64,000 nt of DNA from a virus: IMG/VR virus record IMGVR_UViG_3300046311_000263, positions 1 to 64,000 of that record; one strand, given 5' to 3'. Position 1 is the first letter of the stretch. Each line of letters begins with the position of its first letter. This document shows positions 37,789-48,300 of this stretch, piece after piece. The position numbers and the translations under genes are program-made. The notes under the pieces were generated by a model. The model saw only the letters and a list, made by a program, of their open reading frames with translations, was not told where the DNA came from and made no database searches.

Positions 37789-39393
37789 TTATATTTCTTC
37801 TATTTCTACAGACGTAGCATACATGCTAAGATAAGGATGGGATATACCACTACTAGGAGCTAGCTTTCCATATATTTGATATAGATTTTCTTTACCTGGA
37901 TCTAAATCTTCAGGAAATAAGCTTATATACACACCCAATCTTGAACCGTATATTTTTAATAGCTTTACTAATTGATCCCTATCAGTACCAGTCATCCAAT
38001 CTAGGTCAAAGGATAACTTATTGTATACGACACCATTAGTAGTTATTAAATCTCCGGCCTCACTACGCTCACTAGTACTAGTATCAGTAATATCAGTAGA
38101 CATACCGTACCCGGTATTGTACGCCGGGGACCAATAGGTACCTAGTATTAGCCTACTAAACTCAAGATAGCCGGAAGTATTAACTAAATCCATGATCTCT
38201 ATAGCCAAATACTTGGTTGAACTACTAGGTATATACGCTCGTATATACGCTCTATCTAGACCAAAAGTATTAGTAGCATAAGAAGGTAAACTACTCTCTT
38301 TTGTAGAGTTCCATGGGGCTCCATTTATATTCTTACCATCAGCTAATATAGTAACACCAGTAAGATTTAAGCCTAAAGCAGTTGGAGAACCTATAATAGT
38401 AGGTGCAACATTAAAGGAACTAAATCTTATATTAGCTCCTTTACTAATATTGCCTAACGTTAATACCACAGCATTAATGGAACTAGCAGTATCTAATGTA
38501 ACGACAGCTGCGGCATATACTACTGTACTATATATAGTAGTATACACATTGTGAGCGAACGTTACGCCGGATGCAAGTTTAGATAAAGTTTGAGTAGTGA
38601 CGTTACCTCCTGGAATAGCTGTACCCTCTCTTAAAGTACCTGTAACAGTATATGTAATTACCGTGTTTGTTGCTGATGCATTAAAAGGTATACCAGAGTG
38701 ATCCACATAGGCAGCAAAAAACGTGTTTGCATCTCCTACCGACACACTGCCTACAGTAGCCGTACCACTAGTTACTGCAGCACTTATATTAAAAGTGCCT
38801 AATGCAGTACCTATCCCGTCGTATCTGAGAGGGGTACAGCCCTCAAATACCCATACATTACAACCTGTACCCGCGTAGCTAGTTATGGCTCCTGTATTAT
38901 CTGACTGCAATCTATGTGTACTATTAGAGCATACTACTGTGATTTGATTCAGTAAGGATAATATTACAGGAACTACTTGTACGTCTCTTAATGTACTTCC
39001 AGAACTAGGAGTGGAGGTGGTATAGGTTCTAACTGTGTAACTAGTATTAGTACTATTATCGTCAGGTACAAAAGTATATGGTAATGGTACAGCTACTGCA
39101 GCTTCGGTTTCCCCTGAACCTGTAACAGTACAGAAAGTAGCAGGGCTACCCGTTACTGCTGTTGAAGTGACTGTAAAACCACTATGGGCTCCTGGAATTG
39201 CATATGAAGTAGATGTTTTAAAAATAACTGGAAAGTTAGAAGATACTCTAGATCCTGTTCTCCATACTGCGGACCTAGTGTCTTTCTTTAAGTTTGCGGT
39301 AGATGTAGCTGCGCTAGCTGTAGAACTACCTAATATAGTAGTCGTCGAAGCGTCGGCTTTGTTTATATGTATAATTCTTAAATTATTTGCCAT
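37789..39393 (-). CDS. distal-tail-like protein with large inserted domains
   Basis: MANNLRII N-terminus and EFSRLILGTYWSP...SERSEAGDL C-terminus flanking a T/S-rich insert. Confidence 0.65.
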   Translation of the reverse strand: MANNLRIIHINKADASTTTILGSSTASAATSTANLKKDTRSAVWRTGSRVSSNFPVIFKTSTSYAIPGAHSGFTVTSTAVTGSPATFCTVTGSGETEAAVAVPLPYTFVPDDNSTNTSYTVRTYTTSTPSSGSTLRDVQVVPVILSLLNQITVVCSNSTHRLQSDNTGAITSYAGTGCNVWVFEGCTPLRYDGIGTALGTFNISAAVTSGTATVGSVSVGDANTFFAAYVDHSGIPFNASATNTVITYTVTGTLREGTAIPGGNVTTQTLSKLASGVTFAHNVYTTIYSTVVYAAAVVTLDTASSINAVVLTLGNISKGANIRFSSFNVAPTIIGSPTALGLNLTGVTILADGKNINGAPWNSTKESSLPSYATNTFGLDRAYIRAYIPSSSTKYLAIEIMDLVNTSGYLEFSRLILGTYWSPAYNTGYGMSTDITDTSTSERSEAGDLITTNGVVYNKLSFDLDWMTGTDRDQLVKLLKIYGSRLGVYISLFPEDLDPGKENLYQIYGKLAPSSGISHPYLSMYATSVEIEEI

Positions 39394-39402
39394 TACATTT
39401 CC

Positions 39403-40056
39403 TTAAGTGGGCCATTGAACGGCATCTAATTCTTCAACAGTAGTAGCTGCAAATACTTGGGCATGTAGAGATCTAGATATTTGATGTAATGAGATTACAT
39501 GTGTACCCAGAGCTATCCCTACCTGTACCATGTCACTACCACTTAGAGTTCTCACAGTATTATCAAATAAAGTCCAATCTACGGAATATGGCTGTCCAGC
39601 TAAAGCAGCCTGCATGGCCAATATTACCGCTCCTTGAATTCTACTTTGACTAATAGGTATAGAATCAAAATGCGAGTTATTCCAATAAAAGCCTCCAAAC
39701 TCTAGTGCTAGTCTCTTAGCTTTAAATTCATCCCATTTTAGTTGCTGTAGAGCAGGTAGTGAATTACCTGCAGTAGTACTAACTGTAGCCCCTAGCCACG
39801 GTTCCTGATTAACTATATAATTCAATATACCCAGCTTTATGTTATTATCAGTTATAGTAATTCCACTAATAGGAACTGATATATAGGTACTACTATTGTG
39901 GCGAAGGCCACCAGCTTTAGCTGTTTCTGATACCCATGAATTAATATTAACTCTAAAGGAGTTATCTGCAATAGATAAGTCTATTGCAGCCACTGAGTGG
40001 TACCCATAGACTGCTCCATTTGCTTGAGTTATTTCTTTAATTATGTTCATATTCAT
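39403..40056 (-). CDS. DUF4376-like tail fibre-associated protein
   Basis: KWDEFKAKR...FDS...SQSRIQG...WTLFDNTV...ELDAVQW. Confidence 0.75.
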   Translation of the reverse strand: MNMNIIKEITQANGAVYGYHSVAAIDLSIADNSFRVNINSWVSETAKAGGLRHNSSTYISVPISGITITDNNIKLGILNYIVNQEPWLGATVSTTAGNSLPALQQLKWDEFKAKRLALEFGGFYWNNSHFDSIPISQSRIQGAVILAMQAALAGQPYSVDWTLFDNTVRTLSGSDMVQVGIALGTHVISLHQISRSLHAQVFAATTVEELDAVQWPT

Positions 40057-42515
40057 GGTTCGTATACTCCACCTCCACCAGAGGCATATTTTTCAGCAAT
40101 TATGTTTAAACTACCTGTAGCTACCACTACGCTAGTATCTGCTGCGGTAGCTATGGCGAAATCAGCTGTAAGAATGCTTTCTCCATTACTAGCTCTACTA
40201 GCGGCAAATACCGGTACAGTGCTAATTAAATGCCATACTCCTGCAGAAGCGGAGTCTCCGGTCAGCGTACCTGATGTTAGTATTACTCGTATCTTGTATG
40301 CAGTACCTATATCTGTTATATTAGCTAGATACCAATCCTTACCGGAATCTGAATAAGAAGATACAGCGGTTCTTTTAGATATAGATCCATTACTATTAAA
40401 TCTAATACCTGCGTATGTTGTGGCATCTGAGTTAGATACTACTGAATATAGTACTCCAATAGTAGGTACTGGGCCATCAAACACTAAGGCAGCCGACTTA
40501 TTTTTACTAAGAGTAAATCTTTGAGTAAGTGCTACGTATCCCAGGGCTAATAAAGCCGCATTTGGAGTAGCGGTAATATCTACATATCCAGTGTCTAAAC
40601 TACTAGATATAGCTGTTACTGCTACGGTTCTAGTAGTTAAAGTAGTTGTAATAGAACCATCGGAAGCAGTCCTACTATATGTCCAGTTTGAAGAATCATC
40701 TAATCCTTTTCTGTACATATTAATTGTGGCGTTAGCCCCAGTAAACCCCGCACCAGCAGCAACTACGCCAGTAGAGTCCGCTGGCAACACCCAGCTATAC
40801 TTATCTAGTTCTGCTACAGCTGGGTTAGATTCTGCGTCTGACTGTTCTATATAAAAGTCAATATTATCAAAACATACAGTTCCAGTAAACGTAGCGGGAA
40901 AACTAGTCCAGGAAGCCATAGCATATATTCTAATACCATATATTCTTTGGTCTTTTCCAACTTTAGCAACCCATGGAATACGTTGCCATACACCAGTAGT
41001 AGAAGATAAAGGTTGAATTTTAATATCTACTAAGTTAGGGCTTGCCAGTCCAGAACTGGTATATAATCTTATTAGTATACCTGGTAACCCTGAAGTAACT
41101 GTAGCTAGATAAATATCTACAGTACCGGATAAGTATGAACCTAAAGGTAAAGGATTAGTAGATAAATCTATAGTTTCCTTTAATAGCCCTAGATCTGTAC
41201 CTACTGCATTATACTTAATGGAGTATTTACCGTTTCGGGTAATAGTAGTTTCCTTTATAGGAGCAGCTCCTTGCCAGTAGTCCCAACCGGTAGGTAGAGT
41301 AGACGGCCAATTCTCAAAAGAGCCATTTAACCCCAATGTTACTGCGTCCCCCACCCCCAACGAAGTAGTTATTGTAACTTTATCTAAAAGTATCTGTCTA
41401 TCAGCGTAAGCATTAGCCCAATTTGTTCTAAATGTACTTCCTACAATATCTGTAGTAGTGTTTATATTAGCATCATTAATCCAACTAGGTACGGTACTGA
41501 ACGGATATATCATTGCAGCATCAGATCCATCGTTCATGTATCCCGCAAGACTTTCTAACTCTGCAACATATGTAGTTAGTTCAGTAGTAAGTCCTAGAGT
41601 AGTAGAGGTTGGATATAGACCTACTATTTCTTTTACTAAAGCGTCCCATTCTCTACGAATTGCTTGCTTCTCAGAAGCCGTAAGTTTACTATCATTTGAT
41701 ATATCAGATAGTAAAGAGGCGGAAAGAGTGATACTACTCATTTCTCCGCTACTTAATTGGTTAACTTTACTAAATTTTTGAACTATAGAATAACTGGTAG
41801 TATTACCTGAGGCATCCCTAATATCTACTTGATACGTAACATTAGCTAAAGATTCTGAACTGGACATAGCCGATATGTTACCAACAGTATATGTATCCGT
41901 TGCAGAGGACCCAGCCGGAACAGTAACTGCTCCGCTAGGTACTACACTTACGGAGCTAATACTAAAGGTATTAGCTCCACTAGCACCATAAGTTAAATAG
42001 GAAGTTCCTCTGAGAACTTTTATAGTATTACCAGTATTACTAAATACGGTCACTACTCCTGCTGATGATGCCGGTACTATAACAGTACCATTGGTTATCT
42101 GTACGTCTAAGGAGTCATCTGCCTCTTTTAGATAGTAAATGTCGTAGTAAGCGTAAGTAGTTAGTCTTAAACTTTCAGTTACCGTACATCTATATCTAAC
42201 ATACACATTTGTACCTATGTAGCCTGAATAAGTTGAATTAGTTACAGCTAGTGTAGGACTAGTTGACGCGCTAATAGCAATCCAGGATAACGGTGCGGAA
42301 CTAAGAGAGTACTCCCACGTGTATATAGCTGAGGCCGAATATACTCCCGCTGTTAGTAAAGTAGCAGTCAAAGTTATACTAGAAGGGCTCACGGCCCCAT
42401 TATTTTTAGCTTTGGTAAATCTAGAAGAAGTAGTTGTTAAATTAACCTCACTGACCAGTAGTCTAGGTACTGTATTTTGTAGAGCTAATTCTCTACTATT
42501 TATAATCGCTGCCAT
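40053..42515 (-). CDS. tail fibre/tail-tip protein
   Basis: 820 aa; DISNDSKLTASEKQ motif, CBM-like LNGSFENW domain, Ig-like repeats. Confidence 0.7.
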   Translation of the reverse strand: MAAIINSRELALQNTVPRLLVSEVNLTTTSSRFTKAKNNGAVSPSSITLTATLLTAGVYSASAIYTWEYSLSSAPLSWIAISASTSPTLAVTNSTYSGYIGTNVYVRYRCTVTESLRLTTYAYYDIYYLKEADDSLDVQITNGTVIVPASSAGVVTVFSNTGNTIKVLRGTSYLTYGASGANTFSISSVSVVPSGAVTVPAGSSATDTYTVGNISAMSSSESLANVTYQVDIRDASGNTTSYSIVQKFSKVNQLSSGEMSSITLSASLLSDISNDSKLTASEKQAIRREWDALVKEIVGLYPTSTTLGLTTELTTYVAELESLAGYMNDGSDAAMIYPFSTVPSWINDANINTTTDIVGSTFRTNWANAYADRQILLDKVTITTSLGVGDAVTLGLNGSFENWPSTLPTGWDYWQGAAPIKETTITRNGKYSIKYNAVGTDLGLLKETIDLSTNPLPLGSYLSGTVDIYLATVTSGLPGILIRLYTSSGLASPNLVDIKIQPLSSTTGVWQRIPWVAKVGKDQRIYGIRIYAMASWTSFPATFTGTVCFDNIDFYIEQSDAESNPAVAELDKYSWVLPADSTGVVAAGAGFTGANATINMYRKGLDDSSNWTYSRTASDGSITTTLTTRTVAVTAISSSLDTGYVDITATPNAALLALGYVALTQRFTLSKNKSAALVFDGPVPTIGVLYSVVSNSDATTYAGIRFNSNGSISKRTAVSSYSDSGKDWYLANITDIGTAYKIRVILTSGTLTGDSASAGVWHLISTVPVFAASRASNGESILTADFAIATAADTSVVVATGSLNIIAEKYASGGGGVYEP

Positions 42516-45286
42516 TATACCATCACCTCTACTTCTATTGTACTTTTAGACCAATTAGGACTTAAAGATATAACTTGACCGGTTTTACCACTACCTAAGC
42601 CAAACCTTGGATGGGTTAAAGTTACTTGTTGTCCTAACTTAAGTCCTAATAATTTGGACGTTCCTGTGAAGGTGTAAACAGTTCTAGGTAACTTGTAGTA
42701 ATTTAGCAATCTAGTTGCTTCCTCGTTTGCTGCAAGAGTAGTTATTAAATACGAATCTCTTTGTATAGGTTCGGTTGTTAATCTGTAGGTTGAAACAGTA
42801 AGAGGATCAGTAACTGTTTCTATTAACCATTCTGTGGACATAGCATCTTTATTTGAATCTGGAATAGCAGTAGTAATATTTGACTGTACTGTCCAATTTT
42901 TGCAGTAAGCCAACTTAATACTTCCTAATATATCTGGCCTATTACTAATAGAGAAGCTACCTGCGTACATATCACTAGCTGTTATATCGGTAATGTTGGG
43001 ATTACTAAAAGGGCTACCTAATCTAAGTAACTGCAGCAATCCTTGTCTATTTATATATACTTGACAGCCTATACTATAAGCCAAAGTTTGTATAGTTTCC
43101 AGTAGATTTTCTCTATCTAGAACTACGTAACCCATTGCAGGAATATTAACAAAACTTGCAGATAGGGCGCTAAGACCACTAATATCTATTTCGCTCTCCG
43201 CGAAACGCTTAGTAGGTTGTCCGTAGGATGTTACTAATAGTTGAATAATATCCACTACATTATTTGTATATCCTATGTTTGATTTATAAACACCCTGTAC
43301 AGAGCAAGTGATAGTACCAGATGCGGGGGAAGTTAGAGTAAAGGTACCCTGACTATTGTTAACTACGGCCCCGGTTTCTATACCACCTCTTGTGTAAATA
43401 GGATAGCCATTATCTCTAATTTCTGTAATACCTTCACTATATCCATCATTAAATAAATAAGTCAAAGTGCTAGGATCTATTAGTATTGGAGTTATGTTAT
43501 GCACTTCACCAAATACTATCGGGCGAACTACGTCTTGATTTGTTTGTCCAGATGCCCAAGTACCTGTAGTGCCTATTAAGCGTTCAGTAACTGGACCATT
43601 TAATCTTTCCTGTTTATCTCTCAGTACCAGATTTACAGTATCTCTAGATCGGGATTTACATTCATCTATAACGCCATTGTAAATTAGACTAAATATAGAA
43701 TCTATATCATCTATAGTAGCTAGCTCCCACGTAGGGTCCCCGAAATAAATCTTTATCTCTCTATTACTCCATACGTATTTGCCAGAGTCTAACCAATCGT
43801 CAATGGCTCCATTTGGGTTACTAAGTTCTATATCTCCATAAGAAACACTAGGTGTATTATCTAGTCCTAGTGCTTCTGAAATAATGAAATTTTTACTTAT
43901 TAAAGGTTCAAATACTACAAGACTATCCTGTGTGATTAAACTACTATTAGATAAATATACATTTTCTTCTTCAGTAGTTATAATATCTAGCGAGGTAGTA
44001 GGTATTGCAGTAGCATAAACAGATACTTTTTGTACCCATTGCTGACCTTGCTGGCCCCCACTAGAGCTCCATCCGGCGTTACCTATACCTAGCCTACTAT
44101 TAGATACAGGCATACTTCCGGTAACATCAGTAGTTCCTAGTATACCATTTGCTGCTACATTAAACAAGGTTGCTTTAGCTGCCCATGCTGCAGATAGTAC
44201 CTCACCGGAAGTAAATGTAACTCCAGAAGTAATGTTTGCACTATTTACTCCGGCAGATTTAGTAGTACCCCAAATAACTCCTGAAGCATCTGTGTACAAG
44301 TACGAAGTATTATTAATGTTGGCTCCGCCAATACTAAGCAATACCATGTCATTAGTATTATACTTTATGGTGCCCTCATATGCTAAAGTATATTCGGTAG
44401 CGTTGAACCAAGGAGACAGTGTATTTACTAGCACCACATCCGCGGATCTAGTAACAGCGGCGTTAGTTGTTTTAATAGAACTTGTAGGGAACGTTCCTAT
44501 TTCTAGCTGAGGTAGTCCTATAAGAACAGTTAAGTCTATAGCCAATCCGGAAGTCAGGCCTATAGAGAATAACATATAAACTCTATCTGATGTGGCTTCA
44601 GTAATGTAATTATTACTAAATTTAAGTAAATTATTTGTTAGAGCTACTGCTTCTACTTGCTGAGATATAAATCCACCACTATCATAACTCATTAACGTTA
44701 TTCCAGTAGAACCTACGTTAGTTAAGGAACCCGCAGCTAACTGTAAATACGCCGATCCAGATACATTAGTACCTGGACTGAACAACAAATTGGCAGTAGT
44801 GTCAAATGATATAAAAGTAGTGCCGTTAGCAGACGGGGTGCCGCTAATACGTAGTTCTATACAAGGTACCCCATTATATGTGGATATAGACACAACAGTT
44901 GTGCTGATGCCTGTAGCTCCATTGGTAAAACTATTCCAGTTGGTTGGAAGCGTGCCGGGTACCCCCACGACAGCTCCCACCATAGTATTATTTCTAATAT
45001 AGTTAGTTCTTGTTTCTTCTACTAATAAGCCTAACGGAGCTAAAGTAGTAGGATCATGATCTATTCTAGGTACATTTGCTTCTGCAAACTCTAGTAGGCC
45101 TTTAGAGTTTGTAAAGGCCGCTGAAGAGGCTCTAGTAAATGTGATTCTAGGATCTATAGTGCCGCCGCTATTAATAAAATCTAGAAAAAGAGAAGGTACT
45201 TCCGGCGCTTGCGGTTTCCTTTTAGCAATAACAAATAACCCTCTGGCACGGGTACTATCTTCTAACCATTCCTGCGAATACGCCAT
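42515..45286 (-). CDS. tail hub/tip protein with inserted LamG-like domain
   Basis: RITFTRASSA...GLLVEETRTN...VTRSAD insert; PIVFGEVHNITP hub motif; follows the tape measure. Confidence 0.7.
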   Translation of the reverse strand: MAYSQEWLEDSTRARGLFVIAKRKPQAPEVPSLFLDFINSGGTIDPRITFTRASSAAFTNSKGLLEFAEANVPRIDHDPTTLAPLGLLVEETRTNYIRNNTMVGAVVGVPGTLPTNWNSFTNGATGISTTVVSISTYNGVPCIELRISGTPSANGTTFISFDTTANLLFSPGTNVSGSAYLQLAAGSLTNVGSTGITLMSYDSGGFISQQVEAVALTNNLLKFSNNYITEATSDRVYMLFSIGLTSGLAIDLTVLIGLPQLEIGTFPTSSIKTTNAAVTRSADVVLVNTLSPWFNATEYTLAYEGTIKYNTNDMVLLSIGGANINNTSYLYTDASGVIWGTTKSAGVNSANITSGVTFTSGEVLSAAWAAKATLFNVAANGILGTTDVTGSMPVSNSRLGIGNAGWSSSGGQQGQQWVQKVSVYATAIPTTSLDIITTEEENVYLSNSSLITQDSLVVFEPLISKNFIISEALGLDNTPSVSYGDIELSNPNGAIDDWLDSGKYVWSNREIKIYFGDPTWELATIDDIDSIFSLIYNGVIDECKSRSRDTVNLVLRDKQERLNGPVTERLIGTTGTWASGQTNQDVVRPIVFGEVHNITPILIDPSTLTYLFNDGYSEGITEIRDNGYPIYTRGGIETGAVVNNSQGTFTLTSPASGTITCSVQGVYKSNIGYTNNVVDIIQLLVTSYGQPTKRFAESEIDISGLSALSASFVNIPAMGYVVLDRENLLETIQTLAYSIGCQVYINRQGLLQLLRLGSPFSNPNITDITASDMYAGSFSISNRPDILGSIKLAYCKNWTVQSNITTAIPDSNKDAMSTEWLIETVTDPLTVSTYRLTTEPIQRDSYLITTLAANEEATRLLNYYKLPRTVYTFTGTSKLLGLKLGQQVTLTHPRFGLGSGKTGQVISLSPNWSKSTIEVEVMV

Positions 45287-45313
45287 ATAAATCCTTACCT
45301 TTATAATATAGCT

Positions 45314-45342
45314 ATTATAACATACACCAAAATTACTGTCAA
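45314..45342 (-). promoter_or_regulatory. consensus late promoter
   Basis: TTGACA-17bp-TATAAT on the minus strand. Confidence 0.85.
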
Positions 45343-45361
45343 GAGTAATTTTGGTGTATGG

Positions 45362-45395
45362 ACAAACAGCCCAATATTTCTATTGAGCTGTTTGT
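45362..45395 (-). terminator. hairpin after the tape measure gene
   Basis: ACAAACAGCTCAATA-GAAA-TATTGGGCTGTTTGT. Confidence 0.6.
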
Positions 45396-45396
45396 A

Positions 45397-48300
45397 TTAT
45401 GAACCCTGGTACTCTGTTTGAGTTCTCCAGAATTCTTCTTTAGATGTTTCTTCCACGGTTTTAGCAATTACAACCGCAGCTGCTTGTGTTGATTGATCGT
45501 TAGTAATTATTATTGCATTAGTTTGTGCTTCTTGTTCTTCGCGTAACAGGCGTAGGGCTTCTTTTAAACCAACTATTTCATTAACTAGAGGTTGTAAATC
45601 TATAGTTATCTGAGGTACAGGAGGCTGAACAGTTACTGCTGCTAACATGTCTTGTTGCCATACTAGCATTGCGGAGTCCGAAACTAGTTTTGCTTCGTCG
45701 CTGACTATTTTCTGTGCCTGTAGTTCGTTTATTAGTTGTCTTGTATAGTCTATGTTTAATTTAGAGGTGTCGTCGATTGAGTCTAAAATTAAGTTACTAG
45801 TCTTAATTTCTTCAAGTTGCATATCTGCGGCGGATTTCTGTTCAGATAATATTGAAGTATTACTGTCCAGAGTATTCAGTACAGAATTAAAATCTGTAAT
45901 GTACTTATCTCCGCTTGCAAATAGCAATCTAGAACTATCAAGGAACTTATCCGCAGCTGTAGGCAGTTCGCTAAGGGCTTTAGTTTTTTCTTCTTCTGAC
46001 GAAGTAGTTGAAGCAGCTACAGCTCTTAAACGTTCAAATTCTGACTGTACTTCTTGGTATTTCTGAAGAGGAGTTAAAATAGATTTATCTCCTGCTAGTA
46101 GTACCTCTCTATAGTTAGTAAGACTATCAAGAGAAGTTTGTAAGGACTTTGACAGTTTGTCTAGAGCGTCTCTTTGTTTAATTAGTTTATCTTTTGATCG
46201 TTTTTCGTCTTCTAATGCATATATATACTCTTGATTAGCTATTAGTATTTCCGACTGAGCAGCCGGGTACTTCTTTAACTCTTCAATTTCGGCAGCACGT
46301 CTAATTGCGACTATCTTTAGCTGACTTTCTTCGTCGCCTAGAAGCTCCAGAATTTTAATCTGTTGGGCTTCTACTTTTTGACGCATTTCCAGTACTGACA
46401 ATGCTTCTTGCGCAGACTCATATACTTTAGCAAATGCTGGAGCTAAGTCTAGCAATGTATTATATAGTTCTCTAGCGCTAGGGTTACTTAAATCTTTAGC
46501 TAAAGTTAACGTTAAGGCTTTAAATTCTTCTTTTGTATCAATTGAGCTTAAGCCTAGTTCTGCTAGTCTTTCTGTTAAATCTTTCTGAATTGGAGCTAAA
46601 CGTTCAGCTTCGGACAAGAAATTATCAAGGAAAAATCTTTGCTTATCTAGGAACTCATCCAGCCCACCTGCTAGTGAGGCCAAAGCTTCAGTGATTTCTA
46701 TACTCTTAAGTTTAATTTGCTCGGTGGTAATACCTTCCGAAATTATCTCACTTAAAGCACTAACTGAATCAATACCTAGGCTTTTGAACGACAACAATAC
46801 TTTTTCATTTGTGTCTAGTACACGCAGAACTGTCTCTGCCATACCTTCTCCAAATTTACGGTACTGAAGCAAGGAGTCAAAAACTGCCCCGGCTGCACTA
46901 TCCATCATAGCACTAATTATATTACCTAGCTCTTCCTCTAACTCCGCGCCTTTTAGACCTCTTAGTGAGGCCAGCATGGCTACAGGTACAGAAGCTAATC
47001 CTGCTAAGATATCCTCTTTAGCTCTACCTAACTTATCTCCTAATTCTAGGAAAAGGTCTGTGGCATTACTAAATATATTTGAAATTTCTGCTGCCACACC
47101 GGCATCAAGATCCTTAAACTGATCACTAGTTTTAACACTAGTACTGCCACCAATTCCTAAGAATCCGCTCTTCTTCTTAGTAGTTTGTAAGGTTTCGTAC
47201 TGTTGAATACTTCCGGCTTTGTTAAGAGCTAGGTCAATGAAACTTCCTACGAACTTAACTCCACTATCAATAATATTCTTACTAGTAGTGCTTCCGAATA
47301 GTCCTGTAATTCCACTAGTCTTAGTACTTTCCTTTGTACCAAAACCTGTACCAGTCCTTAAGCCTGCTACTCCATATAGGTTTCTAGCGGCTCCGCCTAT
47401 AGCTTCGTTAATGCTTTCTAGTAGCTTTACTGTCTTGCTATCATAAGTTAAACCTTCAATGCTTGTCTCTTTAATTCTATCTAAAGAATTTTGAATTGAC
47501 TTGCTCTTAGCGTCTGCATCTCCAAAAACACCGCCACCGTTTTCAACTTTCTTACCGTCTACCCAGGACATTCCTGTACCTTGAGTTTCCTGTCTGTCAG
47601 CTGCAGAAGATCCGGCCTTTATATTTACGCTAGAGCCGCCACCAAGTACGGAGGCAACAGCTGCTGCAACTAGAGCTCCAATAGCAATTTTCATAAACCA
47701 AGGGCTATCCTTCATAGAGTCTACTACAGCTTCTTTACCTTTTACGGTAGCTCGTGTAGTAGAGTTAGCAACAGCACTAACAGTTGCCGAGGCGTCCATA
47801 ACCATTTCTCTGATAGAGTTAGCTAATTTAATAGCAGCCAGGCCTTTTTCAAGTCCAGCAAATAGTTTGTATGCTGCGGTCTTTTCTTTAAATAGTTTCT
47901 TTGTAGAACCTATTGCCTTAATAGCAGTTTCGTCCTCCAATTTTACACGCTTTTTAGCGAACTTATCTTCTATTTCTGCCTGCTCTTCGGCACTCTTACC
48001 AATTTTCTCATTATCACGTTGCTTAGTTAGTTCTTCGCTTTTCTTAGTAGCTTCAAACATCGAGGCCGCTAAGTCCCCTACAGCGGAACCTAAACTACCA
48101 AAAACTACTTCTAGTCCTTTGATAATATCCTCTTGATTTTTTAGTTCAAGATTTAACTTAATCTGCTCATCTGTCTGTTGTTTTGTAAGTTCTATGCCAG
48201 AAACCTTGAAGGCATTAATTCGTGTAATACCAGATACCTGAGTAGCGTAAGCTGCTTGAGCTGCCGCAGCCTCAGCTTCTAGAAACTGTTTTTCTCTACT

